A DNA stretch of 64,000 nt, taken from Acholeplasmataceae bacterium (GTDB taxonomy: Bacteria; Bacillota_I; Bacilli_A; Acholeplasmatales; Acholeplasmataceae). Where the stretch lies: assembly GCA_963675245.1 (NCBI GenBank), contig OY775910.1, forward strand, positions 1,440,001 through 1,504,000, in the 5' to 3' direction. The position numbers and the translations under genes are program-made. The notes beneath the pieces were generated by a model that saw nothing but the letters and a program-made list of their open reading frames with translations, had not been told where the DNA came from and ran no database searches. Of this stretch, positions 50,145 through 59,804 are shown piece by piece; within the stretch, counting starts at the first letter, position 1, and every line of letters starts with the position of its first letter.

Positions 50145-51043
50145 TGAAGTATATACTAAACGATTATCTTTATCATTTAAAACAGGAAAAAGGGGCAAGC
50201 AAGAACACGATTGATGCATATATGCGTGATCTTTATCAGTATGCAGATTTCCTAAAAAAATACCATGATATAGATAAACCAGAACGCATTTTAAAGAAAC
50301 ATATAGAAGGTTATTTAAAGAGTTTAAAAAGAAAAAACAGTGCAAAGTCAATCGCTAGAAAATTGACAGCAATCAAAAGTTTTCATCGTTTCTTACATTT
50401 AGATCGTGTGGTTTCAAATGACATTGCAAAAGATTTTGCAACACCAAAAATAGGTAAATCACTTCCTAAAGTACTGACGATAAATGAAGTAGTAAGCATT
50501 TTAGAACAAGTGAATAAAGACACGCCACTAGGTCTTAGAAATAAAGCATTATTAGAATTGATCTATGGATCTGGACTGCGTGTTTCAGAGCTTTTGGATA
50601 TTCAAACTCAAGACATTCATTTAACGCAAGGATATGTTATTGTTCATGGAAAAGGCAATAAAGAACGTATGGTTCCTATCTCTGATATGGCACTGATTGC
50701 ACTTAGAAACTATATGGTTAGTGGACGTGAAGTGCTTATCGGTAACGAAAGAACGAATGATCTGTTTTTGAATAGAGATGGTAAAAAACTATCAAGACAA
50801 GGCTTTTTCAAACTGTTAAAAAAACTTGCAAAAGATGCTGGTGTGGAATCAGATTGTTCACCACATACATTAAGACATTCGTTTGCAACACATCTATTAG
50901 AAAATGGCATGGACTTAAGAACATTGCAAACCTTACTTGGTCATGAAGATATTTCAACCACTCAAATTTATACGCATATAAGTCAAAAAAGACTAAAAGA
51001 ATCATATGGACGCGCACACCCACGCGCAAAGGAGGATGAATAA
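50144..51043 (+). CDS. xerD: Tyrosine recombinase XerD (RipX-like)
   Basis: [43 protein letters not shown]; xerD-deoB synteny. Confidence 0.92.
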   Translation: MKYILNDYLYHLKQEKGASKNTIDAYMRDLYQYADFLKKYHDIDKPERILKKHIEGYLKSLKRKNSAKSIARKLTAIKSFHRFLHLDRVVSNDIAKDFATPKIGKSLPKVLTINEVVSILEQVNKDTPLGLRNKALLELIYGSGLRVSELLDIQTQDIHLTQGYVIVHGKGNKERMVPISDMALIALRNYMVSGREVLIGNERTNDLFLNRDGKKLSRQGFFKLLKKLAKDAGVESDCSPHTLRHSFATHLLENGMDLRTLQTLLGHEDISTTQIYTHISQKRLKESYGRAHPRAKEDE

Positions 51044-51044
51044 A

Positions 51045-52220
51045 ATGTTTAAAAGAATTTTCTTAATTGTAATGGATAGTGTAGGTATTGGAGAGGCACC
51101 AGATGCCAAGGATTATAATGATGTTGGTGCAAATACGATCGGCCATATTGCTGAGAGAATGATGCTAAACATTCCTCATATGCAGGCACTTGGATATGGA
51201 AATATTGCGCCAATTAAGCATGTTGATCCAGTTGAAAAACCAGCTGCTTTTTACACGAAAATGCAAGAAGCATCTTTAGGTAAAGACACAATGACAGGTC
51301 ATTGGGAGATGATGGGTTTATATATTACTAAGCCTTTCCAGACCTTTACTGATACGGGTTTTCCAGATGAATTAATTAAAGAATTAGAAGAAAAAACAGG
51401 ACGAAAAGTTATTGGAAACATTGCTGCATCTGGTACCGAAATCATCAAGGATATGGGAGAACATCACATGAAAACAGGTGATTTAATCGTTTATACTTCT
51501 TCAGATTCTGTCTTGCAAATCGCGATGCATGAAGATATAATTCCTATAAAAGAGCAATATCGTATTTGTGAAATTGCGAGAGAAATCACGATGAAACCTG
51601 AATGGAAAGTTGGCAGAGTTATTGCTAGACCATTCATTGGCAACAGTAAAGATGACTTCCAAAGAACACCAAATAGACACGATTATGCTTTAAAACCTTT
51701 TGATAAAACAACACTAAATTTCTTATCTGAAGATGGATATGATGTCATTGCTTTAGGTAAAATTAACGATATATTTGATGGTTATGGAATCACAGAATTC
51801 TCAAAAACAAAATCAAATGATGATGGTATGAGACAACTTACAGCGGTTGCTAAAAAGGATTTTACAGGACTATGTTTTCTGAATCTAGTAGACTTTGATG
51901 CATTATATGGACATAGAAGAAACCCTCTTGGATATGGCAAAGCGATCGAAGAATACGATGCACAATTACCTGATTTCTTTGCGCAATTAAACGATGATGA
52001 TCTCGTATTAATAACAGCAGATCATGGTAATGATCCAGTCCATCATGGTACTGATCATACAAGAGAATATGTACCTCTATTAGCATTTTCACCTTCACTT
52101 AAAGAAGGAAAACAACTACCATTGTTAAAGACTTTTGCTGATATAGGATACACCATCAATGATAATTTCAAGACTGAAAAACCAAAACATGGCAGCTCAT
52201 TTTTATCACTTCTAAAATAA
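51045..52220 (+). CDS. deoB: Phosphopentomutase
   Basis: [53 protein letters not shown]. Confidence 0.97.
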   Translation: MFKRIFLIVMDSVGIGEAPDAKDYNDVGANTIGHIAERMMLNIPHMQALGYGNIAPIKHVDPVEKPAAFYTKMQEASLGKDTMTGHWEMMGLYITKPFQTFTDTGFPDELIKELEEKTGRKVIGNIAASGTEIIKDMGEHHMKTGDLIVYTSSDSVLQIAMHEDIIPIKEQYRICEIAREITMKPEWKVGRVIARPFIGNSKDDFQRTPNRHDYALKPFDKTTLNFLSEDGYDVIALGKINDIFDGYGITEFSKTKSNDDGMRQLTAVAKKDFTGLCFLNLVDFDALYGHRRNPLGYGKAIEEYDAQLPDFFAQLNDDDLVLITADHGNDPVHHGTDHTREYVPLLAFSPSLKEGKQLPLLKTFADIGYTINDNFKTEKPKHGSSFLSLLK

Positions 52221-52239
52221 ATTTAGTAACTAAAATATT

Positions 52240-52272
52240 AAAAAAAGCACACTTTAAATTGTGTGCTTTTTT
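52240..52272. terminator. Bidirectional terminator
   Basis: A7-GCACAC-tttaaatt-GTGTGC-T6. Confidence 0.88.
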
Positions 52273-52933
52273 ATGCTAATCGTGCATCGACTCTCTCTTT
52301 AAACAACAAAATCACAAATGATAATAGGAATGCTACAGGAAATAAAATAAGGTAATTAACCAGCAACATTCCAATTAAACCATGCTCAAAATATGCAGGA
52401 TTTAAAAACGGATATATGTATGAATCGACTTCTAATGGAAATAGATTATAAAGATAATCACCATATAAAGGATGTGCAATTGTATATACAAATATGAAGT
52501 AAAGAAAGGGATGAATTAATGCAATCCAGGCGTTTTTTCTTCTCAGTGATGTTTTATATGATAAGAGGAAAAACGTCATATATATTGGTGGAATAATGCC
52601 ATGTAAAAGTACTTGTAAGAATGTTACTTTAGGCATAAATGGAAGTAATAATGTTAACCATACAAGTCCCGTAATTGTGATATCAACTGCGGCTATATAA
52701 TGGAATCGATCGACATGTTTATTTTTAATTTTAAGGAGTATAAGAAGCGTAGATATGAAGACAAATAAGTTCGCATGATTGGTGAAAAAGGTAGCTATCA
52801 TTAGAAGTCCAGAACGTGAGTCATCATAGTTAATTACACGCCTTGTTTGAAGTGAAAAACCGAGTGCCCAAAGTAGAATAATAAATATGCCTAAATAGAA
52901 TTTTAGATGTTCATTTTTATGACTAAAAGACAC
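52271..52933 (-). CDS. Integral membrane protein, Pr6Pr-like
   Basis: FFT..AN, ITITGLVW..LL, LH.I.P, YPFLN pattern; multiple TM segments. Confidence 0.65.
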   Translation of the reverse strand: MSFSHKNEHLKFYLGIFIILLWALGFSLQTRRVINYDDSRSGLLMIATFFTNHANLFVFISTLLILLKIKNKHVDRFHYIAAVDITITGLVWLTLLLPFMPKVTFLQVLLHGIIPPIYMTFFLLSYKTSLRRKNAWIALIHPFLYFIFVYTIAHPLYGDYLYNLFPLEVDSYIYPFLNPAYFEHGLIGMLLVNYLILFPVAFLLSFVILLFKERVDARLA

Positions 52934-52943
52934 ATTATACCCC

Positions 52944-53927
52944 CTAATTAAAATAGTCTTTTAAACGTTGAATGTCATCTGTTAAACCTAATGCTAATAT
53001 CAATTGAATACGTGCCTTCTGACCATTCAAACCATTCGTGAAGATTACACCTAATTGTCTGAGCTGATGACCTCCACCTTCATATCCATAGTTATCTAAT
53101 ACACGACCAATAGGTGCTCTAGAAGTTAACACAACAGGAATTTGATTGTCGATTGCTCTTTGAATACCCTGAACCATTTGTGGTGTAACATTGCCTCTCC
53201 CCAGAGCCTCAATGACTAGACCTTTCATCCCATGGTCAATTAGTAAGTTTAGTATATCTGAACTTTCACCAGCTACAGTTTTTACCAAATAGACTTGATC
53301 GACAATGTGATCAGGATGTAAATTTAAAACTTCACGAGAAGAATTTCTTGTATAAATGACACTCTGTTGTTCAACAATGCCTATAGGGCCAAACTCTAAA
53401 GACTTAAATGTATCTAAAGAAAGAGTATGAGTTTTAGTTACTTCACGGGCCGTATTGATGGCGTCGTTTAAGCAAACGAGAACACCCTTATCGATGGATT
53501 CATCATTAGAAGCGACCAGAATAGATGACCTTAGATTAGCTAAACCATCATAAGCAATCTCTTTGTAACCTCTCATGGAACCTGTGAAAACAACAGGTTT
53601 TTTATGTTCAAGATAGAGATCTAAGAAGTAGGCAGTTTCCTCTAAAGTATCCGTTCCATGAGTTATTACGACCCCATCAATATGACTGTCTTTTAACTTA
53701 GAATCTACAAACTTAGCCAGATCAAACATGTCTAAAGGTGTTATAAATGGAGAAGGTTTTAACGAAAAAGTATGTGATAACACATTGATATTAGGCAGTT
53801 CAGATTGCATAACATCGACTAAATCAGCTAGATTATCACCTATACCCATGTGTTGATTTTCATTCTTAATCATGGATATTGTGCCACCAGTAAATACAAT
53901 TAATATATTTTTTTTATTCAATTTCAT
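52944..53927 (-). CDS. ansA: L-asparaginase
   Basis: TGGTISM, THGTDTLEET, TGSM, TK.HT; start could be TTG 53921. Confidence 0.92.
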   Translation of the reverse strand: MKLNKKNILIVFTGGTISMIKNENQHMGIGDNLADLVDVMQSELPNINVLSHTFSLKPSPFITPLDMFDLAKFVDSKLKDSHIDGVVITHGTDTLEETAYFLDLYLEHKKPVVFTGSMRGYKEIAYDGLANLRSSILVASNDESIDKGVLVCLNDAINTAREVTKTHTLSLDTFKSLEFGPIGIVEQQSVIYTRNSSREVLNLHPDHIVDQVYLVKTVAGESSDILNLLIDHGMKGLVIEALGRGNVTPQMVQGIQRAIDNQIPVVLTSRAPIGRVLDNYGYEGGGHQLRQLGVIFTNGLNGQKARIQLILALGLTDDIQRLKDYFN

Positions 53928-54094
53928 CACCAATTTCATTGTATCACGAAAATCGGAATTAATAATCCATTAAAAGTTCGTTTTTCAATGGTTTATACAA
54001 TACATCACTCATAGAAGGCAATTTTTATATTCGCACAACAAACCAACATTTCCACACAAAACCTTTCATCAGCACAGTTAAGGTGTCAACTAAA

Positions 54095-54122
54095 GGTTAA
54101 CATAATATATATTATACGAATA
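54095..54122 (-). other. dif: Chromosome dimer resolution site dif (XerC/XerD)
   Basis: Minus strand TATTCGTATAA-TATATA-TTATGTTAACC, 11-6-11 layout matching Firmicutes dif (B. subtilis ACTTCCTAGAA-TATATA-TTATGTAAACT); intergenic, near the gene-orientation switch. Confidence 0.88.
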
Positions 54123-54490
54123 CATTTGAAATAAATAGAGTTCATTTGTAATTTGTAAACAAGGTTATAGAAATATATTTAGTATGAATATATTAGTGTT
54201 TGAATGCTTCTTTTAGATATAATCATAATCATATAGATTAAAATATGATGTTTGGAAATATTGAGAGTAGTTTCTCGCTACTTTTTGTATTGCTAGGGTT
54301 GGTAATCATATGGTAGTGTCCTCAAAACGCGTTAGACGTCGTTTTGGTCGATTTTCTAGTCTTTTCACGTGATAGTGATTACTAACCCTATGAGGTGACA
54401 TTTGCTGCTTCTGCTTCTTCTACTAACGTATATATGTGTGTTTATTTTAAAACGAGCATAAAACTTATTTTTATAAATATTATATGTTTT

Positions 54491-54836
54491 TCACAGATGG
54501 ACTATTTTGTATATGTTTGCAATTGTTACCATCGCATTTTTGAAAGGACTGGTTTTATTGATCTTTGTTTGATCATTTGTCTCCCACTCTTCAATTTTAA
54601 CTATTTCCAAATTCAAACGCTTGTAACGTTATTATTATCTTGAACTTCTGCTTTTAAATTTTCACTTACTGTGTTTAGTTTTTCAGTTCTTCTAATTATC
54701 TAACAGACAAGTCTCGATCTTCTCGTTTCATAAGAGCAACTATCTTATTGATCAATTCATCGTTTTCTATTCACATGTTATTTTTTGTGTTTTTACATGA
54801 TTCTAATTTCTCACTTTGACTTTCTTCAAATACCAT
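54491..54836 (-). pseudogene. Possible decayed coding remnant
   Basis: Protein-like segments in shifting frames, interrupted by stops (MVFEESQSEKLES…*IENDELINKIVALMKREDRDLSVR*; EKLNTVSENLKAEVQDNN; LNLEIVKIEEWETNDQTKIN…). Confidence 0.35.
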
Positions 54837-54975
54837 ATATAATCACACATGAATTTTAAATCACACATAATATGATTTATTGTTCAATATAACTTTTTAC
54901 CGATTTTTATAATTATTTTAAATATAGATATTTGTTATTCAAAGTTTACAAATACTAAACATACAATTTTTAAAT

Positions 54976-55007
54976 AAAAAAAGATACCATTATTTCTAAT
55001 AGTATCT
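54976..55007 (-). terminator. Terminator of the right-hand operon
   Basis: AGATACcATTA-tttc-TAATaGTATCT preceded on + by an A7 tract. Confidence 0.7.
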
Positions 55008-55016
55008 ATTGGATTA

Positions 55017-55838
55017 TTAAATATTAAATGTTGTATCTGCTGTATTGATAAAACCTAATACTAAAGTCGCAAACAACATTGGTTTCTCATACATGGATGC
55101 ATGTCCAGCTTTTGGAATAATGATTAACTCTGATCCTTCAATCTTCTCATGTAAATCGTATTGATTTGGTATCGGTGTTAGATAGTCTTCATCTGCTGCT
55201 ACAATCAATGTAGGCGAATTTATATTGCCTAAATTTTCTCTTTCATCATAGCTCTCTGCACTGTTTGTCAAACGTTCCATTGCGTTTAAGAAATCAGGAT
55301 TTGAGAAGACTGGAATTAATACTTGTTCTCGCTTCTTCATCCAGTCTAATCGACGCTCGTAAAAGCTTGGACTATAGATAACAGGAATAGTTGCTTGATA
55401 GTAATTTTGACCGTTTCTAGTCTTACCAATATTGTTCCAGGATTTACCGATTTCCGAGATCCATGGATTTGTATATGAAGTGGTATTAAAGAGGACTAAT
55501 CGTTCGACTTGATTAGGGTGTTTACAAGCAAATTTAACAGCGACCTCACCGCCATATGAAATACCTACAACATTAACTGAATGAAGCTTTAATTCTTCTA
55601 ATAACGTCTCTATAATATCGACTTGTAAATCTTGATTGTAAACACTGTTTTCTAATCTGTCAGATTGTCCTTGATCGATAAAATCTAATCTGATGAGTTT
55701 GTTGTTTGCTGTAAACGAATGAACAAATGGTTCCCATGATTTAGTTGACATCATGATACCATTTAAGATGAGGATTGGTTTTCCTTCTCCCTTTACATCA
55801 TAATAAATGTTTCTACCTTTATAATTCAGAATTGACAT
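55017..55838 (-). CDS. Alpha/beta hydrolase (enol-lactonase/esterase-like)
   Basis: LNGI, D..DQGQS, GISYGG nucleophile, DED, AGH; ATG overlaps upstream TAA (TAATG). Confidence 0.88.
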   Translation of the reverse strand: MSILNYKGRNIYYDVKGEGKPILILNGIMMSTKSWEPFVHSFTANNKLIRLDFIDQGQSDRLENSVYNQDLQVDIIETLLEELKLHSVNVVGISYGGEVAVKFACKHPNQVERLVLFNTTSYTNPWISEIGKSWNNIGKTRNGQNYYQATIPVIYSPSFYERRLDWMKKREQVLIPVFSNPDFLNAMERLTNSAESYDERENLGNINSPTLIVAADEDYLTPIPNQYDLHEKIEGSELIIIPKAGHASMYEKPMLFATLVLGFINTADTTFNI

Positions 55839-57145
55839 TAGAAAATCCATCCTAACTTTTTAGCTTCATTACGCAAGCCATCTCTAAATTTTGGGTGTGC
55901 AATTGAGATTAACAATTCAACTCTTTCTGCAATAGATGTACCTCTTAAACATACACCACCATATTCAGTCACAACATAGTCAACATCATTTCTTGATAAA
56001 CTAACTGCTGCACCTGGTTTTAATGTTGGCACAATTTTTGAAATTTCTTCACGCTCGCCTGTCAATGGATTTTTAACCATTGCTGTTGAATATAATGTAA
56101 TAAAACTTTTACCGTTTTTTGAATTCTGTGCACCAACTGCTGTATCAGATTGACCACCTGTTCCTGAGAACTGTTTTGCGCCAATAGATTCTGATGCACA
56201 CTGTCCTGTAAGATCAACTTCTATGGTTGTGTTAATCGAGACTTGATTGTCATTAAGACCAATGATAGCTGGGTCATTCACATAGCCTCCAGGTAAAATG
56301 GCTACTGATGGATTATCATCAATAAAGTCATATAGTTCTTGTGTACCTAGAGCAAAGCAACATACATGTTTTCCCTTTTGGATATTTTTCTTTGTGCCAT
56401 TTGCCGCACCAGCTTTAATAAGATGCATGATACCTGTTGTAAGCATCTCCGTATGAATGCCTAAATCTTTTTTATTTAAGAGTGCATGTGCAACTGCATT
56501 TGGAATACCACCTATGCCAAGTTGTAATGTTGAGCCGTCTTCAATACGATCAGAAATATATTTACCAATCAGTAAATCTTTCTCATTAGGCTCTGCATCA
56601 GGTAACACAGGTGCTTTATAATCCGTTTCAATGAGATAATCAATTTCCGACACGTGAACATTCATCTCACCGAATGTTCTAGGGAAATTCGGATTAACTT
56701 CAAGAATGACGATATCTGCAAGATCAATTGCTTCACGTTCATAGACGTTCGATAAAGATAATGAAACAAATCCATGTTTATCAACAGGGCTTGCTGTACC
56801 GACAAAGATGTCTGGTTTCTTGTGTTGGAATCGCTTCTTACCAGCCAAGTGTAAATGGTTTGGTATAAAGCTCACAGTGCCTCTGTGATGCGCCTTTCTT
56901 AAGGAACCTGAATAAAACCACGAGTCAACAGAAAAAGACCCTTCATAAGCTTCATTCGTGAAATATTCAGAGTTATCAAAAGGTAAACAGTTTGTTACGC
57001 GTACCCCTTTTACACGATCAGCAATTGTGTGCAATTTAGATAGAAATAATTTTGGTTCTGCACCAGCCATTGCTGAAACGATGATGTCATTATCTTTAAC
57101 GAGTTGAAGTGCATCTTCAACAGTAATCAATTTAGCTTCTTTCAT
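55838..57145 (-). CDS. Acetyl-CoA hydrolase/transferase family (4-hydroxybutyrate CoA-transferase-like)
   Basis: TLQLGIGGIPNA, LGIHTEM, EVDLTGQ, SGTGGQ.D, VVTEYG, IAHPKFR. Confidence 0.92.
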   Translation of the reverse strand: MKEAKLITVEDALQLVKDNDIIVSAMAGAEPKLFLSKLHTIADRVKGVRVTNCLPFDNSEYFTNEAYEGSFSVDSWFYSGSLRKAHHRGTVSFIPNHLHLAGKKRFQHKKPDIFVGTASPVDKHGFVSLSLSNVYEREAIDLADIVILEVNPNFPRTFGEMNVHVSEIDYLIETDYKAPVLPDAEPNEKDLLIGKYISDRIEDGSTLQLGIGGIPNAVAHALLNKKDLGIHTEMLTTGIMHLIKAGAANGTKKNIQKGKHVCCFALGTQELYDFIDDNPSVAILPGGYVNDPAIIGLNDNQVSINTTIEVDLTGQCASESIGAKQFSGTGGQSDTAVGAQNSKNGKSFITLYSTAMVKNPLTGEREEISKIVPTLKPGAAVSLSRNDVDYVVTEYGGVCLRGTSIAERVELLISIAHPKFRDGLRNEAKKLGWIF

Positions 57146-57217
57146 AATATGCCTCTCTTTGTATGAGTAGATAAGGGAAGGGTTTCCCCTCCCCTTGATA
57201 CTACCATAATTTTATTA

Positions 57218-58972
57218 TTATTTAGCTTGAATAACTGGTAATGCTTCAATATCTCTAACTTTAGCCCATGCAGGAGCTGCGCCAGAATTATCTAATTGTA
57301 GTAATGCCATTGAAGCGATACCCCAACGTTTACCTTCTGTGAAATCAACTGTACCACCCATTGGGACACTGATAGCATCTGATTCCATTGCATCAATATA
57401 TGTTTCCCATGTGAGTAAACCTTCACCAACACGGTTTAAACCTTCAACAAAGATTGAAGCAGCAATATAACCAGCCATCGCGTATGCATTAGCTGCATAG
57501 TCAGAATAACCTGCAGTTGTCATATCTGTAGCGAATGTCCAATAAGCATCTGATAAACCATTTGTACCTTCTGGATCAACAATATCCAACCATGCATTTG
57601 CATACATTGGGAAATCATAATCTACTGCTGAGTCAACTGAAGTTGCGTCTGCGTTAACATATGATGTGAATACAGGAACTGTTAAACCAGCTGATTGTAA
57701 TGCACCAACTGCTGCCTTGAAAGGTGCTTGGTTAGATGCAACGATTATTGCTGATACACCAGCTGTTTGTAAATCACTAACTGCTGCACTTAATGCTGCA
57801 GAATCAGCTGCTGAGAATGAACGATAAATGAAATCATCTGATCTGCCTTCTTGAGCAGCTTCAATTTCGATACCAGCTTTAATTGATACACCATCATCAG
57901 TTGTTGTGTGTAGAACACCAACCTTTGCAGTTGCTGATAATTGTTCATCTTCATTTGTACCAAATAAGAATTCATTAAGTGCTCTTGCAGTCATCATTCT
58001 ACCATCTGTCTTATAAATAGGTTGAACAGCCATAACTGGGTTACTTAAACCATCTACTGGATCAAAATAAAGAGAGTTAATACCTGTTGCAGCATAAACC
58101 ATAGGTACGCCAACTTCTTGGATATAGTCAATTGTAGCACCAACTGTAGGAGTACCAAAGTGACCAACTAAAGCGAAGATTTCATCTTCTTCAACAAGTT
58201 GTTTTGTATAGTTTAAACCTGTAGTAGCATCAAATAAATCATCGTAATGTTCAAATACGAGTGTACGACCAGCAACACCACCAGCTGCATTAATCTTTTG
58301 GAAATATGCATCAATACCAGCGTTGAATGGTAAACCAACAAAAGCTAATCCACCAGAAGTTGCTGCTGTGTTACCAACAGTGACAGTAGTGTCTGTAACA
58401 CCTTGTACGATGATTTCTCTAACTTTATAAGTGAATGACGTTGTCATATTTTCAAAGAATATATAAACGACACCATCTAATACAACTGCTGAACTATCGA
58501 ATCCAGCCATTGTATAATTTTCAACGTCTTCTTTTTCACCAGTACTATAAACTGCTTCAATGACTAAACCAGTGTCATCAAATTCAGCACCAACAAGATA
58601 TTGTTGTGTTTCTGGTAAACTCTTAACATTAATTGACAATAATTCTTTGTCTGCATCTGGATCAAATACAGTAACTGTAAATGATACTGAGCGACCTTCA
58701 TAAGTCAACATAATAGTTTTAACACCAACAGTTAATGTTTCAAAACCTGTGACTGTTAAATCTGCAACTGTTAAGTCTAAGTCTGTTTCATCTGTATAGA
58801 CAGCCTTAACTTCTAAACCTGATAAATCAATTTCTTCACCAACGTTATATTCAACCTTAGTTGGTTGTGAAACGATTGTCAAATGATCAACAGTAACTAT
58901 TGCTTCTTCAACACAAGCTGCCAACCCGAATAACGCTAATGCCATTACTAATAATAGTACTACCTTTTTCAT
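57218..58972 (-). CDS. ABC substrate-binding lipoprotein (LivJ-like) with two N-terminal Ig-like domains
   Basis: Lipobox LAAC; two P.K..Y.VG…D..GL.V.A.Y repeats; then QGVTD…IN..GGVAGR…DD…GHFGTP. Confidence 0.87.
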   Translation of the reverse strand: MKKVVLLLVMALALFGLAACVEEAIVTVDHLTIVSQPTKVEYNVGEEIDLSGLEVKAVYTDETDLDLTVADLTVTGFETLTVGVKTIMLTYEGRSVSFTVTVFDPDADKELLSINVKSLPETQQYLVGAEFDDTGLVIEAVYSTGEKEDVENYTMAGFDSSAVVLDGVVYIFFENMTTSFTYKVREIIVQGVTDTTVTVGNTAATSGGLAFVGLPFNAGIDAYFQKINAAGGVAGRTLVFEHYDDLFDATTGLNYTKQLVEEDEIFALVGHFGTPTVGATIDYIQEVGVPMVYAATGINSLYFDPVDGLSNPVMAVQPIYKTDGRMMTARALNEFLFGTNEDEQLSATAKVGVLHTTTDDGVSIKAGIEIEAAQEGRSDDFIYRSFSAADSAALSAAVSDLQTAGVSAIIVASNQAPFKAAVGALQSAGLTVPVFTSYVNADATSVDSAVDYDFPMYANAWLDIVDPEGTNGLSDAYWTFATDMTTAGYSDYAANAYAMAGYIAASIFVEGLNRVGEGLLTWETYIDAMESDAISVPMGGTVDFTEGKRWGIASMALLQLDNSGAAPAWAKVRDIEALPVIQAK

Positions 58973-59032
58973 ACGTTTTCTCCTTTTCGCTTTTTGCGTA
59001 TTTTTATATGTTAATTGCTTTGCAATTTTAAC

Positions 59033-59803
59033 CTATTTTTTTGAACCAAGATATGCATTGATTAGTTCTTCGTCATTTAACATATCTATTCCTGATCCAT
59101 GTTTACTTACTTTTCCTAGTTCAAGCAAATATGCATAATCAGCAATCTTTAATGTTTGATATGCATTTTGCTCAACAATCAGAATCGTAGTACCTCTTTG
59201 CTTAATAATTTCAATAATCCTGAAAATATCTCTTACGATAAGTGGTGCTAATCCTAATGATGGTTCATCTAGTAATAATAACTCTGGATCACCCATCAAG
59301 GCACGACCTATGGCCAACATTTGTTGTTCTCCACCAGATAACGTCGATGCCTGTTGATGTTTACGTTCTTTTAAGATGGGGAAGTATCCATAAACTTCAT
59401 CAAGTAAATTAGCAACTCTTGTCTTTGTTTTGATGGTCTTTTTAATGATGACCCCATTCTGTTCAATGTCAACCACTTTATCTTTTAGAGAGTATGCGCC
59501 AACTTTTAGATTCTCTTCCACGGTTAGACCGTATAGAATCATACGTCCTTCAGGTGATTGTAAAATACCTTTATATGCAATTTTATGTGGATCTAAATTA
59601 GCAATAGGATCATCCTTATAAAGAATGTCTCCACCAGATACTTTTGTCAAACCAGAGATACTTTTAATTAGTGATGACTTTCCTGCACCATTTGCTCCTA
59701 AGATGGCAACGATTGTGCCTCTTTCTACTTTAATGCTAATACCTTTTACCGCACGAATGATACCATAGTCAATCGTCAGATCTTTAATTTCTAAAAGTGC
59801 CAT
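59033..59803 (-). CDS. Liv-type ABC ATP-binding protein (LivF-like)
   Basis: GANGAGKS, PEGR, LSGGEQQMLAIGRAL, LLDEPSLGLAP, VEQN. Confidence 0.93.
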   Translation of the reverse strand: MALLEIKDLTIDYGIIRAVKGISIKVERGTIVAILGANGAGKSSLIKSISGLTKVSGGDILYKDDPIANLDPHKIAYKGILQSPEGRMILYGLTVEENLKVGAYSLKDKVVDIEQNGVIIKKTIKTKTRVANLLDEVYGYFPILKERKHQQASTLSGGEQQMLAIGRALMGDPELLLLDEPSLGLAPLIVRDIFRIIEIIKQRGTTILIVEQNAYQTLKIADYAYLLELGKVSKHGSGIDMLNDEELINAYLGSKK

Positions 59804-59804
59804 A

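Noticed and set aside
50144..51043. Tyrosine recombinase as a prophage or ICE integrase
   Set aside because: Length, C-terminal HPRA and xerD-deoB synteny fit housekeeping XerD; no phage genes nearby
54005..54085. Short Cys-rich minus-strand frame (LNCADERFCVEMLVCC…)
   Set aside because: No start codon or RBS for the full frame; too short to assign
54395..54643. 82-aa + strand ORF in the dif-adjacent region
   Set aside because: GTG start without a properly spaced RBS; F/C/I-rich composition typical of the antisense of the decayed minus-strand ORF
54770..54774. In-frame TGA in the decayed ORF, suggesting a genetic-code-4 donor
   Set aside because: TAA stops and frameshifts also interrupt the ORF, so ordinary decay explains it
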